The notes under the pieces were generated by a model. It saw nothing but the letters and a program-made list of their open reading frames with translations. It did no database searches and was not told where the DNA came from. Shown piece after piece: positions 8,952-19,100 of a stretch of 64,000 nucleotides of DNA. The position numbers were made by a program, and so were the translations under genes. Source of the DNA: Stenotrophomonas sp. (GTDB taxonomy: Bacteria; Pseudomonadota; Gammaproteobacteria; Xanthomonadales; Xanthomonadaceae); assembly GCF_032066555.1 (NCBI RefSeq), contig NZ_DAMBKV010000003.1, positions 214,300 to 278,299 of the forward strand, written 5' to 3'. The first letter of the stretch is position 1. Each line of letters begins with the position of its first letter.

Positions 8952-9728
8952 TCACTCGCTTGCGTCATCGGTGGCCGCCATCAGCGCCAGGCGCTCCGGT
9001 TGCAGCAGGATGATCTCGCGCTGCTTCACCGCGATGACTTCTTCGTCGCTCAAGCGCCGCAGCACCCGGCTGGCGGTTTCCGGGGCCATGCGCAGGTAGT
9101 TGGCGATCTCGGTGCGGGTCATGGTCAGGTTGAAGCGGTGTGCGGAAAATCCACGCCGCGCGTAGCGGTTGGAGATATCCAGCAGGAACGCGGCCATGCG
9201 CTCCTCGGTACGGTAATTGGCGGCCAGCAGCGCCGCCTTGCCGATCTCGGCGCTGAGCAGGCTGAACAGCTTGGCCTGCAAGCCAGGCATGCGACTGGCC
9301 AGCATGCTGATGCGCGGAAACGAGATGCGGCACAGATGCACGGTATCCAGCGCCACCGCATTGCAGGGATAGCGCGAACCGTGGATGGCATTCAGACCGA
9401 TCACTTCGCCCGGCAGCGAAAAACCCAGCACCTGTTCATTGCCCAGGCTGTCGTCGACAAAGGTCTTGACCATGCCCGCACGCACCGCGGCGATTGCATC
9501 GAAGGGCTCACCCGCGCGGAAGATGTAATCACCGGCGTGGTACGGCCCGACGTGGTCGACCATCACGTGCAGCTCGTTCAGCGCGGTCTTGTCATAGCCC
9601 TGCGAGCTGCAGGCATCGGAGAACGCACAGGTCGTGCAGAAATGCAGCGCGTCACCGTCGCCGGCAGCGGCTGGATTGGGCGTCGCGGTTCCCAGAGGAC
9701 CGCGCGGTGGGGGGGTGGGTGACGTCAT
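8952..9728 (-). CDS. fnr: FNR/Anr-type oxygen-sensing Crp-family transcriptional regulator
   Basis: N-terminal C-X2-C-X5-C (HFCTTCAFSDAC) plus a central Cys (RYPCNAV) fits a [4Fe-4S] site. It also has a cNMP-like beta-roll and an HTH with the E--SR motif (TRTEIANYLRMAPETASRVLRRL). The ORF-track start at 9743 is TTG; an ATG lies at 9728. Confidence 0.85.
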   Translation of the reverse strand: MTSPTPPPRGPLGTATPNPAAAGDGDALHFCTTCAFSDACSSQGYDKTALNELHVMVDHVGPYHAGDYIFRAGEPFDAIAAVRAGMVKTFVDDSLGNEQVLGFSLPGEVIGLNAIHGSRYPCNAVALDTVHLCRISFPRISMLASRMPGLQAKLFSLLSAEIGKAALLAANYRTEERMAAFLLDISNRYARRGFSAHRFNLTMTRTEIANYLRMAPETASRVLRRLSDEEVIAVKQREIILLQPERLALMAATDDASE

Positions 9729-9735
9729 TCCGTTT

Positions 9736-10947
9736 TCAAGCAACAGCGGCCAAGGGGCGGAAGCACGCTGCGATCATACGCCACAGCAGCTCACCTTCGT
9801 TCTGGATCAGCAGCATATCGCCGTCACGGCGCACCCAGCCGCGGTCGATGAACATGCCGACACGCGCCCATGCGTGCTCGAAACAGGCGTCGAATGGCTG
9901 CGCGTTGCGCCATTCGAAGGCGCGCATGTCCAGCGCGTGATCGCAGGCCAGGCTCTGCACCACCTCATCGGTCATACGTTCATGCTCGGAAAGAATAAGT
10001 CCGGAGGATATGCCAGGCTGGCCAACCACCAGGCAGGCGCGCCAATGGCTAGGCTCCGGCTCGATGCGGCAGATGACATCGCCGATCTGGCTGCAGGCGC
10101 CCACACCGATGCCGAGCAGGTCATGGCGCTCGCGCCGCGGTACCCCGAGCAGGTCGCAATGGCGCTGGCCGTCACCGTTGCGCAGCGGCATTGGCAGGTC
10201 CGGCCGCTGGTAGTGGTCGCCACCCAACGGGCGGTAGCCGGCCGCCCGCAGCAGCCGCCACGCCTGCAGCCAGTCCGCCGGCAACGGGTATTCGGGCAGC
10301 AAGGCAGGCGATGGCAGGATGATGCGTTCGGGTGCCAGCTCCAGCACACGCTGCAGCCGCTGCAGGAACGACACATCGGCGTAGCAGGGCACGCGCAGCT
10401 GGTAGTAACACGCGGTGAACGCGGCCTGCTGGGCTTGCGCCAGCATCGCCGGGCCATCGATGCCGGCATGGTCGATCACCGTCATCCGGGTACAGCCGAC
10501 CTCGCGCAATGCAGCCGGTGCGACATCGCTGGCCGCATCCAGCCGCACCTCGACCTGCGGTCGGGCGATGGTGCACAGCTGCTCCGGCACCGCGTCCAAC
10601 AGGCGGCCCAGCAGGGAGGGTGGCAGGTGCTCGACAATACCCGGCTGCAACACCATGGCCGCCACTTCGCGGTCGCTGGCCAGCATGTTGGCATGCAGGC
10701 GCAGGCATACCAACAAGGCATCCAGCACGTTCTCTGCGCGTTCCAGCTCATGTGGGGGTGCGCAGAAACCCAGGGTCAACGCACGTGGAATCAGATGCTC
10801 GTTGCTGGCCTGCATGGCCGCACGCCAACCCGCCTCGGCGAAGCCCGGGCTCAGCTCCGCCGGCGCCGGGAACAGCACGTGCGCGGGTTGTTGCAGCAAT
10901 GCAACATGCAATGTGGCGTCATCCATCCCGGCGGTCTCTACTGACAT
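9736..10947 (-). CDS. HemN-like (oxygen-independent coproporphyrinogen oxidase family) protein lacking the radical-SAM CxxxCxxC motif
   Basis: Length and C-terminal half resemble HemN (LLGIGVGACSQIGDVICRIEPEP...GLILSEHERMTDEVVQSLAC...EGELLWRMIAACF). Where HemN has the Cys triad, the sequence reads ALTLGFCAPPHELERAENV. ATG 10947 is preceded by GAGGA; the ORF-track TTG start is at 10995. Confidence 0.7.
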   Translation of the reverse strand: MSVETAGMDDATLHVALLQQPAHVLFPAPAELSPGFAEAGWRAAMQASNEHLIPRALTLGFCAPPHELERAENVLDALLVCLRLHANMLASDREVAAMVLQPGIVEHLPPSLLGRLLDAVPEQLCTIARPQVEVRLDAASDVAPAALREVGCTRMTVIDHAGIDGPAMLAQAQQAAFTACYYQLRVPCYADVSFLQRLQRVLELAPERIILPSPALLPEYPLPADWLQAWRLLRAAGYRPLGGDHYQRPDLPMPLRNGDGQRHCDLLGVPRRERHDLLGIGVGACSQIGDVICRIEPEPSHWRACLVVGQPGISSGLILSEHERMTDEVVQSLACDHALDMRAFEWRNAQPFDACFEHAWARVGMFIDRGWVRRDGDMLLIQNEGELLWRMIAACFRPLAAVA

Positions 10948-10991
10948 GCAAGCATCCTCGCGCAGCGACCGCCGGGTTTCACTGATCTGGA

Positions 10992-12323
10992 TCAAGCCCG
11001 CCGCTGTTTCTCCGCTGCGGCGGCATCGATGGCTTCGGGCAGGTCGGTCTCGCGATCGAGCTGCGGGAAGTTGCGACGCTCCATCCGGCGGATGGCGAAA
11101 TGCATCCAGGTCAAGGAAATGCTGACCAGCACGAACAGCAGCATGAAGCAGCTGCTCCAGATGCCGAGCGCATCATTCAGGGCGCCAAACACGATGGGCA
11201 GGATGAAACCACCGAGCCCCCCGATCATGCCGACCACGCCGCCCACCGAACCCACGTGCTGGGGGTAGTAGACCGGGATGTGCTTGTAGACCGCGGCCTT
11301 GCCCAGCGACATGAAGAAGCCGAGAACGAATACCAGCACGGTGAACAGGGTCACGCTGATCGCCAGGTGGAAGCTGATCTCGCCGTGTATGCCCTGCACG
11401 ATATAACGCGTATCCGGATAGGCCAGGATGAAGGTACAGATCGACGACACCCCCAGCGTCCAGTACATCACCCGCCGCGCACCGATGCGGTCGGACAGCC
11501 AGCCGCCCACCACCCGGAACAGGCTGGCCGGTATCGAGTAACAGGCGGCCAGCACGCCAGCCGTGCCGACGTCCATGCCGTAGGCGCCGACCAGATAATG
11601 CGGCAGCCACAACGCCAGCGCGACGAAGCCGCCGAACACGAAGAAGTAGTACAGCGAGAAGCGCCATACCTGCAGGTTCTTCAGTGGTGCCATCTGCTCG
11701 GCGAAGGACATCGGCTTGACGCCGCTGCGGCGACGGTCCTCCAGCGAGGGATCTTCCTTGCTGAACAGATAGAAGATGATGGCGGTGACGGCCAACCCGA
11801 CCGCCCACAGCTTGGCCACCATCATCCAGCCCGAGGCCACCATCACCAGCGGTGCCAGCAGCTTGGTTACCGCCGAGCCGATATTGCCGGCACCGAAGAT
11901 GCCCAGCGCGGTGCCCTGCTTCTCGGCCGGGAACCACTTGGACACATAGGTGACGCCGACCGAGAAGTTGCCACCGGCGATGCCGACGAACAAGGCCGCC
12001 AGCAGGAACTGCGGGTAGGTCTGCGCATAGGTCAGCAGCCAGGTCGCCACCGCGCCGCACAGCATCACCAGGGTCATCACCTTGCGCCCGCCGAACTGGT
12101 CGGACCAGATGCCGAGGAAGACGCGGATCACCGAGCCGGTCAGTACCGGGGTGGCGATCAGCAGACCAAACTGGGTGTCGTTCAAGCCCAGCTGCTCGCT
12201 GATCTGGATGCCGATGATGGCGAAGATCATCCACACCGCGAAACACACGGTGAAGGCGAAGGTACTCAGCCACAGCGCACGTTGTTGTTCGCCGCTGCTG
12301 ATGTTCTGCAAATTCTGGCTCAT
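10992..12323 (-). CDS. narK: NarK/NasA-family nitrate/nitrite MFS transporter (NarK1-like)
   Basis: 443 aa, 12-TM MFS: WLSTFAFTVCFAVWMIFAIIGIQI...GSVIRVFLGIWSDQFGGRKV (nitrate/nitrite porter signature). AGGAG precedes the ATG. Confidence 0.9.
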   Translation of the reverse strand: MSQNLQNISSGEQQRALWLSTFAFTVCFAVWMIFAIIGIQISEQLGLNDTQFGLLIATPVLTGSVIRVFLGIWSDQFGGRKVMTLVMLCGAVATWLLTYAQTYPQFLLAALFVGIAGGNFSVGVTYVSKWFPAEKQGTALGIFGAGNIGSAVTKLLAPLVMVASGWMMVAKLWAVGLAVTAIIFYLFSKEDPSLEDRRRSGVKPMSFAEQMAPLKNLQVWRFSLYYFFVFGGFVALALWLPHYLVGAYGMDVGTAGVLAACYSIPASLFRVVGGWLSDRIGARRVMYWTLGVSSICTFILAYPDTRYIVQGIHGEISFHLAISVTLFTVLVFVLGFFMSLGKAAVYKHIPVYYPQHVGSVGGVVGMIGGLGGFILPIVFGALNDALGIWSSCFMLLFVLVSISLTWMHFAIRRMERRNFPQLDRETDLPEAIDAAAAEKQRRA

Positions 12324-12345
12324 TGCCGCTCCTGGGGATTACGTC

Positions 12346-13236
12346 TTACTCAGCCTGTGCTTCGATGTCTTCCAGCCCACGCACCGGGTAGCGCTCGCGC
12401 AGTTCCAGCAGGAACTGCTGCACGTCGCGCTGGCGCACCTGTAGCTCCAGGTAGTCGCTGATCTGCGGCTGCACCTGCTCGAAACTGAGCGCCGTACCGG
12501 CTTCCAACGCATCGATGCTGACCACGTGGTAGCCCCAGCGCGATTCCACCGGGAAACCTGCCAGGCCCTGCCGCAGGCGGAATACCTGGCGGTCAAACTC
12601 GGGCGTGGTCTGGCCGCGTTGCAGCCAACCCAGCTCGCCGCCTTCGCTGCTGGACGGGCATTGCGAGTGGCGCGCGGCCAGATCGGCGAACAGGTGTGGC
12701 TGCTCCAGCAGTTCGCCGATCAGCTTCTCGGCCTGGGTGCGTGCCTTCAGCCGGCCGGCGATATCGTCAGCCGGCGCCGCCAGCAGGATGTGGCGTACAC
12801 GGATGCGGTCCGGTGAGCGGAAGCGCTCGGGATTCTGCGCAAAGTAACGCTGGCAGTCATCCTCGCTGGGCACCCGGTCTTCCAGCGTCTGTTCGATCAG
12901 CAATTGGATGCGCGCTTCCTCGCTGGTCTCCTGGCCAACGCCGGGGGCATCGGCCAGGCCAAGCCGCTCGGCTTCCAGCCGCAGCAGCTCGCGTACCACC
13001 AGCGCACGCGCCGCATCGGCACGCGACTGCTCCGGGCGCATCGCCCGGTGGTATTGCATCTCGCGGGCGATATCGGCCTCGCTGATCGGTGTGTCCTGCA
13101 CGTACAGGCTGCACGGTGCCGGTTGGCCAAGGCTGCGCGGGCCGTCATCGGCGTCGTGATGGTGGCCGGCCTCGGCCGGCACCGGTGTCTGCGAGTCGAT
13201 GACGGTGATGGGGAGAATGCGTGGCAGGCTGCCCAT
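12346..13236 (-). CDS. PpiC/parvulin-type peptidyl-prolyl cis-trans isomerase (nar-operon associated)
   Basis: C-terminal parvulin domain: RVRHILLAAP...HSQCPSSSEGGELGWLQRGQTTPEFDRQVFRL...GFPVESRWGYHVVSI. The N-terminal part resembles a SurA-N-like helical region. It sits between narI and narK1. Confidence 0.8.
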   Translation of the reverse strand: MGSLPRILPITVIDSQTPVPAEAGHHHDADDGPRSLGQPAPCSLYVQDTPISEADIAREMQYHRAMRPEQSRADAARALVVRELLRLEAERLGLADAPGVGQETSEEARIQLLIEQTLEDRVPSEDDCQRYFAQNPERFRSPDRIRVRHILLAAPADDIAGRLKARTQAEKLIGELLEQPHLFADLAARHSQCPSSSEGGELGWLQRGQTTPEFDRQVFRLRQGLAGFPVESRWGYHVVSIDALEAGTALSFEQVQPQISDYLELQVRQRDVQQFLLELRERYPVRGLEDIEAQAE

Positions 13237-13239
13237 GGC

Positions 13240-13944
13240 TTACTCCCGCGGACCGTAGCGCAGCGTGGCCTGGCGACGACGCACCACCTGATACGGGCGC
13301 CACAGGTAGCTGATCGGCACACTCCACACATGCACCAGGCGGGTGAACGGGGCGATCAACACCAGCGTCAGGCCGAGGAAGATGTGCGCCTTGTAAACCC
13401 AATGCACGCCTTCGACATAATCGGCCGCGCCGGCACGGAAGGTGACGATGTGCTGTGCCCACTCGGCCAGCATCACCATCACCCCGCCATCGAGATGGCC
13501 GGCGGAGACCTTGATGCTGTACAGGCCAAGACAGAGCTGGGCGAACAGCAGCACCAGCACCAGCGTGTCACCGAAGCTGCCGATTGCGCGCACCCGCGCA
13601 TTGGTCAGCCGGCGCACCAGCAGGATGGTGATGCCGACGAAGCACAGCGCGCCGAAGAAGCCACCCACCACCATCGCCAGCAACTGCTTCTGCGAAGATG
13701 TGATGAAGGGCTCGTACAGCGCGTGCGGGGTCAGCAGGCCGACGAAGTGGCCGCCGAGGATGGCGATGATCCCGATGTGGAAGCAGTTGCTGCCGAAGCG
13801 CATGCCGCGGTCGGACAGCAACTGGGTGGAGCCGGTACGCCAGCTGTACATGGCCTTGTCATAGCGCGCCCAGCTGCCGATCAACAGCACCGCCACCGCG
13901 ATGTAGGGATAGAACTGGAAGGCGAACTGATTGAGGTAATTCAT
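13240..13944 (-). CDS. narI: respiratory nitrate reductase gamma subunit
   Basis: 234 aa: MNYLNQFAFQFYPYIAVAVLLIGSWARYD...FHIGIIAILGGHFVGLLTP (NarI haem-b membrane subunit). There is a 4-nt overlap with narJ. Confidence 0.95.
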   Translation of the reverse strand: MNYLNQFAFQFYPYIAVAVLLIGSWARYDKAMYSWRTGSTQLLSDRGMRFGSNCFHIGIIAILGGHFVGLLTPHALYEPFITSSQKQLLAMVVGGFFGALCFVGITILLVRRLTNARVRAIGSFGDTLVLVLLFAQLCLGLYSIKVSAGHLDGGVMVMLAEWAQHIVTFRAGAADYVEGVHWVYKAHIFLGLTLVLIAPFTRLVHVWSVPISYLWRPYQVVRRRQATLRYGPRE

Positions 13945-14621
13945 GGCTGGATCTCCCGCGGCTGCGCGCGTGCCGGTGAACGATGGGGTGGATCACAATC
14001 CTGCGAAGGTGCATCGGCGCCAAAGCGCACCGCTTCCTCTTCCCACAGGCGGTCCATGGCTTCGACGGTGTCGTCGCGCACTTCTTCGCTGGCCCGCTGG
14101 CGCAGCACGGCCAGGTTGACCTTGCCCTCGCCCGCCTCGACCAGGATCTCCAGCAGCACCGCATGCGGCAGCTGCCGCTCGGCCGCGCGTGCGGCGAGCA
14201 TGCCGGCGATGTGGCCGATGTGGTGCAACCAGTCCTTGGCTTCGGCCTGCGGCCGGTGCGCAAGGTATTCCAGCAGTAGCGGCAGATAGTCCGGCAGTTC
14301 GCGCGCATCCAGCTCGAATCCGTTCTTGCGATAGGCATCGATCAGGTCAACCATGGCCTGGCCGCGATCACGCGACTCGCCATGGATGTGTTCGAACACC
14401 AGCAGGCTCATCGAGCGGCCACGGTCGAACGTGGCCAGCCAGCGGTCCTGCGCGTCCAGCGGGTCGGTGGCGAGCAGGTCACGGACGAAGGCCTGCAACT
14501 GCCTGCGACGGGCCGGCGACAGTGCCGGATCGTCGCAGGCCTCGAGCAGCTCCTCGCCATGCTGCCAGAGCTCGTCACGCGGATAGTCCAGCAATACACC
14601 AATCAGCTTGAGCACACTCAT
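13941..14621 (-). CDS. narJ: nitrate reductase molybdenum cofactor assembly chaperone
   Basis: 226 aa: LKLIGVLLDYPRDELW...ATFDRGRSMSLLVFEHIHGESRDRGQAMVDL...LPDYLPLLLEYL (NarJ/TorD family). ATGA overlaps on both sides. Confidence 0.9.
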   Translation of the reverse strand: MSVLKLIGVLLDYPRDELWQHGEELLEACDDPALSPARRRQLQAFVRDLLATDPLDAQDRWLATFDRGRSMSLLVFEHIHGESRDRGQAMVDLIDAYRKNGFELDARELPDYLPLLLEYLAHRPQAEAKDWLHHIGHIAGMLAARAAERQLPHAVLLEILVEAGEGKVNLAVLRQRASEEVRDDTVEAMDRLWEEEAVRFGADAPSQDCDPPHRSPARAQPREIQP

Positions 14622-16165
14622 TTCACCACCTCATGCCGGTGCTGGCGGTTGGGATGTACCGCGAAGGTGGTGCTCTTGCGCTGGGTGAACAGGTCAGCCG
14701 GGCTGTCGCCGTTGCAGCCATTGCCGAAGGTGAAACCGCAGCCGCCACGTTCGCCGAAGGCGTCGTTGGCGTACTCACGATGGGCGCTCGGAATGACGAA
14801 ACGGTCCTCGTAGTTGGCGATGGCCAGGTAGCGGTACATCTCTTCCACCTGCGCCGGGGTCAGCCCCACCTGTTCGAGCACGCGCATGTCTTCCACGCCA
14901 TCCACGTTCTTGGCGCGGCGCCAGGCGCGCATCGCCATCAGCCGCTCCAGGGCACGGATCACCGGCGCTTCGTCACCGGCGGTCAGCAGGTTGGCGAGGT
15001 AACGCACCGGGATGCGCAACGAAGCGATATCCGGCAGCTCGCCGCTCATGCCGACATGGCCACGCTCGGCCGCCGATTGGATCGGCGACAACGGCGGCAC
15101 GTACCAGACCATCGGCAAGGTGCGGTATTCCGGGTGCAGCGGCAGCGCCAGCTTCCAGTCGATGGCCAGCTTGTAGACCGGCGACTGCTTGGCCGATTCC
15201 AGCCAGCTGTCGGGTATGCCTTCGGCACGCGCAGCGGCGATCACCGCCGGGTCGAACGGGTCCAGGAAGATGTCCAGGTGCGACTGGTACAAGTCCTTCT
15301 CCGCCGCCACCGATGCGGCCTCGGCAATGCGGTCGGCGTCGTACAGCATCACCCCCAGGTAGCGGATGCGGCCCACGCAGGTTTCCGAGCACACGGTGGG
15401 CTCGCCCATCTCGATGCGCGGGTAGCAGAAGATGCACTTCTCGGATTTGCCGCTCTTCCAGTTGTAATAGATCTTCTTGTACGGGCAGGCCGACACGCAC
15501 ATGCGCCAACCACGGCACTTGTCCTGGTCGATCAGCACGATGCCGTCTTCCTCGCGCTTGTAGATCGCGCCGGAGGGGCACGCAGAAACGCAGGCCGGGT
15601 TGAGGCAGTGCTCGCATAGCCGCGGCAGGTACATCATGAAGGTCTTCTCGAAGGCGCCGTAGATCTCCTTCTGCACCTTGTCGAAGTTGTAATCGCGCGA
15701 ACGCTTGGAGAACTCGCTACCGAGGATTTCCTCCCAGTTCGGGCCCCACTCGATCTTCTCCATGCGCTGGCCGGTCAGCAGCGAGCGCGGCCGTGCGGTC
15801 GGCTGATGCTTCAGCTCGGGCGCGTCGTGCAGGTGCTGGTAATCGAAGTCGAACGGCTCGTAGTAGTCGTCGATCTGCGGCAGGTCGGGGTTGGAGAAGA
15901 TCTTGGCCAGCATGCGCCAGCGGCCACCGGCGCGCGGCACCAGCTTGCCGCTGCCGTTGCGCACCCAACCGCCGTTCCACTTCTCCTGGTTTTCCCATTC
16001 CTTGGGATAACCGATGCCGGGCTTGGTCTCGACGTTGTTGAACCAGGCGTACTCCACGCCTTCGCGCGAGGTCCACACGTTCTTGCAGGTGATCGAGCAG
16101 GTGTGGCAGCCGATGCACTTGTCCAGGTTCAAGACCATCGCAATCTGGGCACGTACTTTCATCAC
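14618..16165 (-). CDS. narH: respiratory nitrate reductase beta subunit
   Basis: 515 aa with Fe-S cluster motifs CIGCHTCSITCK and CEHCLNPACVSACPSGAIYKREEDG, and overall NarH identity. Confidence 0.95.
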   Translation of the reverse strand: MMKVRAQIAMVLNLDKCIGCHTCSITCKNVWTSREGVEYAWFNNVETKPGIGYPKEWENQEKWNGGWVRNGSGKLVPRAGGRWRMLAKIFSNPDLPQIDDYYEPFDFDYQHLHDAPELKHQPTARPRSLLTGQRMEKIEWGPNWEEILGSEFSKRSRDYNFDKVQKEIYGAFEKTFMMYLPRLCEHCLNPACVSACPSGAIYKREEDGIVLIDQDKCRGWRMCVSACPYKKIYYNWKSGKSEKCIFCYPRIEMGEPTVCSETCVGRIRYLGVMLYDADRIAEAASVAAEKDLYQSHLDIFLDPFDPAVIAAARAEGIPDSWLESAKQSPVYKLAIDWKLALPLHPEYRTLPMVWYVPPLSPIQSAAERGHVGMSGELPDIASLRIPVRYLANLLTAGDEAPVIRALERLMAMRAWRRAKNVDGVEDMRVLEQVGLTPAQVEEMYRYLAIANYEDRFVIPSAHREYANDAFGERGGCGFTFGNGCNGDSPADLFTQRKSTTFAVHPNRQHRHEVVK

Positions 16166-19100
16166 ACCACCTCCCGTGCGGCGCCGGTTGCACTCGAATT
16201 CGCGTCCTCACCATCCAGCCAATCGATCTTGTCCATCTTGCGCACGATCACGAACTCATCGCGGTTGGTACCGCAGGTACCGTAGTAGTTGAAGCCCCAG
16301 GCCAGCTGCGCGTAGCCGCCGATCATGTGGGTGGGCTTGAGCACGATGCGGGTCACCGAGTTGTGGATGCCGCCACGGGTGCCGGAGATCTCCGAACCCG
16401 GCACGTTGATGATGCGTTCCTGGGCGTGGTACATCATCGCCATGCCCGGCATCACCCGCTGGCTGACCACCGCACGTGCAGCAATCGCACCGTTGACGTT
16501 GAACAGCTCGATCCAGTCGTTGTCCTCGATGCCGGCATTGCGTGCGTCGTCCTCGCTCAACCAGACGATGGGGCCGCCACGCGACAAGGTCTGCATGATC
16601 AGGTTGTCGCTGTAGGTGCTGTGGATGCCCCACTTCTGGTGCGGGGTGATCCAGTTCAGCACGATCTCCTTGTTGCCGTTCTGGCGCTTGTTGAGCAGCG
16701 GCTCCACCGTGCGCGTATTGACCGGCGGCCGGTAGCTCATGAAGGCCTCACCGAAGTCGATCATCCACTCGTGGTCCTGGTAGAACTGCTGGCGGCCGGT
16801 CACCGTGCGCCACGGAATCAGTTCGTGCACATTGGTGTAGCCGGCGTTGTAGCTGACGTTGTCGTCTTCCAGCCCGGACCAGATCGGCGAGGAAATGATC
16901 TTGCGCGGCTGCGCCTGGATGTCACGGAAGCGGATCGCCTCGTGTTCCTTGCCCACCGCCAGATGGGTGTGCTCGCGGCCGGTGAAGGTGCCCAGCGATT
17001 CCCAGGCCTTGACCGCGACATGGCCATTGGTTTCCGGTGCCAGGTGCAGGATCACTTCGCAGGCATCGATGGCGGTATCGATCGCCGGCCGGCCCTGGCT
17101 GATGCCTTCGTCCAGCACGGTGTGGTTGAGCTTGCCGAGGAATTCCACCTCGTGCCTGGTATCCCAGCTCATGCCCTTGCCACCATTGCCGAGCTTGTCC
17201 AGCAGCGGGCCCAGCGAGGTGAACTTGCGATAGAGGTTGGGGTAGTCACGCTCGACTACCGCCATGCTCGGCATGGTCTTGCCGGGAATGGCCTCGCACT
17301 GGCCCTTCTTCCAGTCGGCGACGCCGAACGGCATGCCCAGTTCATTGGGCGTGTCGTGCAGGGTCGGCACCAGCACCAAGTCCTTCTCGACACCGAGCAC
17401 GCCCGGTGCCATATCGCTGAGCGTACGCGCGACGCCCTTGAAGATTTCCCAGTCGCTGCGCGATTCCCAGGCCGGGTCCACTGCCTTGGACAGCGGGTGG
17501 ATGAAGGGATGCATGTCCGAGGTGTTGAGGTCGTCCTTCTCGTACCAGGTGGCGGTCGGCAGCACGATGTCCGAGTACAGCGCGGTGGTGCACATGCGGA
17601 AGTCCAGCGTCACCAGCAGGTCGAGCTTGCCTTCCGGTGCCTCGTCACGCCACTTCACGCCCTCGGGCTTGAGCGCGCCCATCTCGCCCAGGTCCTTGCC
17701 CTGCAGGCCGTGACGCGTGCCGAGCAGATGCCGCAGCATGTACTCATGGCCCTTGCCGGAGGAACCAAGCAGGTTGGAGCGCCAGATGAACATCATGCGT
17801 GGGTGGTTCTGCGCGGCATCCGGATCGGCGAAGGCGAAGTCCAGCGAACCGTCCTTGAACTTGGACAGCGCGTAGTCGGCCGGTGCGATGCCGGCCTGCT
17901 CGGCCTCGCGCACCAGCTGCAGCGGATTGCGGTCCAGCTGCGGCGCGCTCGGCAACCAGCCCATGCGCACCGCGCGCAGGTTGAGGTCGGCCAGGCTGCC
18001 GCTGTACTTGGAGGCATCGGCCAGCGGCGACAGCAGTTCTTCCACCTGCAGCTTCTCGTAACGCCACTGCCCGGTGTTGAAGTAGAAGAACGAGGTACCG
18101 TTCATCTGCCGCGGCGGGCGGCTCCAGTCCAGGCCGAAGGCCAGCGGCTGCCAGCCGGTCTGCGGGCGCAGCTTTTCCTGGCCCACGTAATGCGCCCAGC
18201 CACCACCGGTCTGGCCCACGCAGCCACACATGACCAGCATGTTGATCAGGCCGCGGTAGTTCATGTCGTTGTGGAACCAGTGGTTCATGCCGGCGCCGAC
18301 GATGATCATGCTGCGCCCATGGGTCTTGTCGGCGGTGCGGGCGAACTCACGGGCGATCTCGATCACCTCGGCGCGTGACACGCCGGTGATGCGTTCCTGC
18401 CAGGCCGGCGTACCCGGCACGTTGTCATCGAAGCTCTTGGCGACATTGCCGCCACCGAAGCCGCGATCAACGCCGTACTGCGCCAGCAGCAGGTCATAGA
18501 CCGTGGCGACCAATGCTTCGCCGCCATCGGCCAACTGCAGGCGGCGCAGCGGGATGTTGCGCTCCAGTACGTCCTCGGCCGGTGCGGCGGTCCAGCCATC
18601 GCTCTCGATGCCGCCGAAGTACGGGAAGCTCACCGCCTCGATGCCGTCGTGGATATCGGCCAGGCTCAGGCGCAGACGCGTGTCATGGCCATCGCTGGCC
18701 TTTTCCTCGATGTTCCACTTTCCCTTCTCGCCCCAACGGAAGCCGACCGAGCCGTTCGGCACAGTGATATCACCGCTGTTCTCGTCGAACGCCAGCGTCT
18801 TCCATTCCGGATTGTTGCTCTCGCCCAGCCCGCCCAGCTCACTGGCGCGCAGGAAGTGACCCGGCACCAGCCGGCCATCGGCGCGGCGCTCGATGCGCAC
18901 CAGCATCGGCATGTCCGAGTACTGGCGGCAGTAGTCCTGGAAGTACTGCGAAGGCGTGTCGACGTGGAACTCGCGCAGGATCACGTGGCCGAAGGCGAAC
19001 GCCAGCGCCGCGTCGGTGCCCTGCTTGGGATGCAGCCAATGGTCGGTGAGCTTGGCCAGCTCCGAGTAGTCGGGGCAGATCGCCACCGTCTTGGTGCCGT

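Noticed and set aside
16327-18378. 683-aa plus-strand ORF inside the narG region, with several similar ones at 14633..15619 and 18649..19530
   Set aside because: It is antisense to unmistakable narG/narH coding sequence. The translation is Arg/Ala/Gly/His/Val-rich low-complexity sequence, as expected for the reverse frame of GC3-rich genes. There are no motifs.
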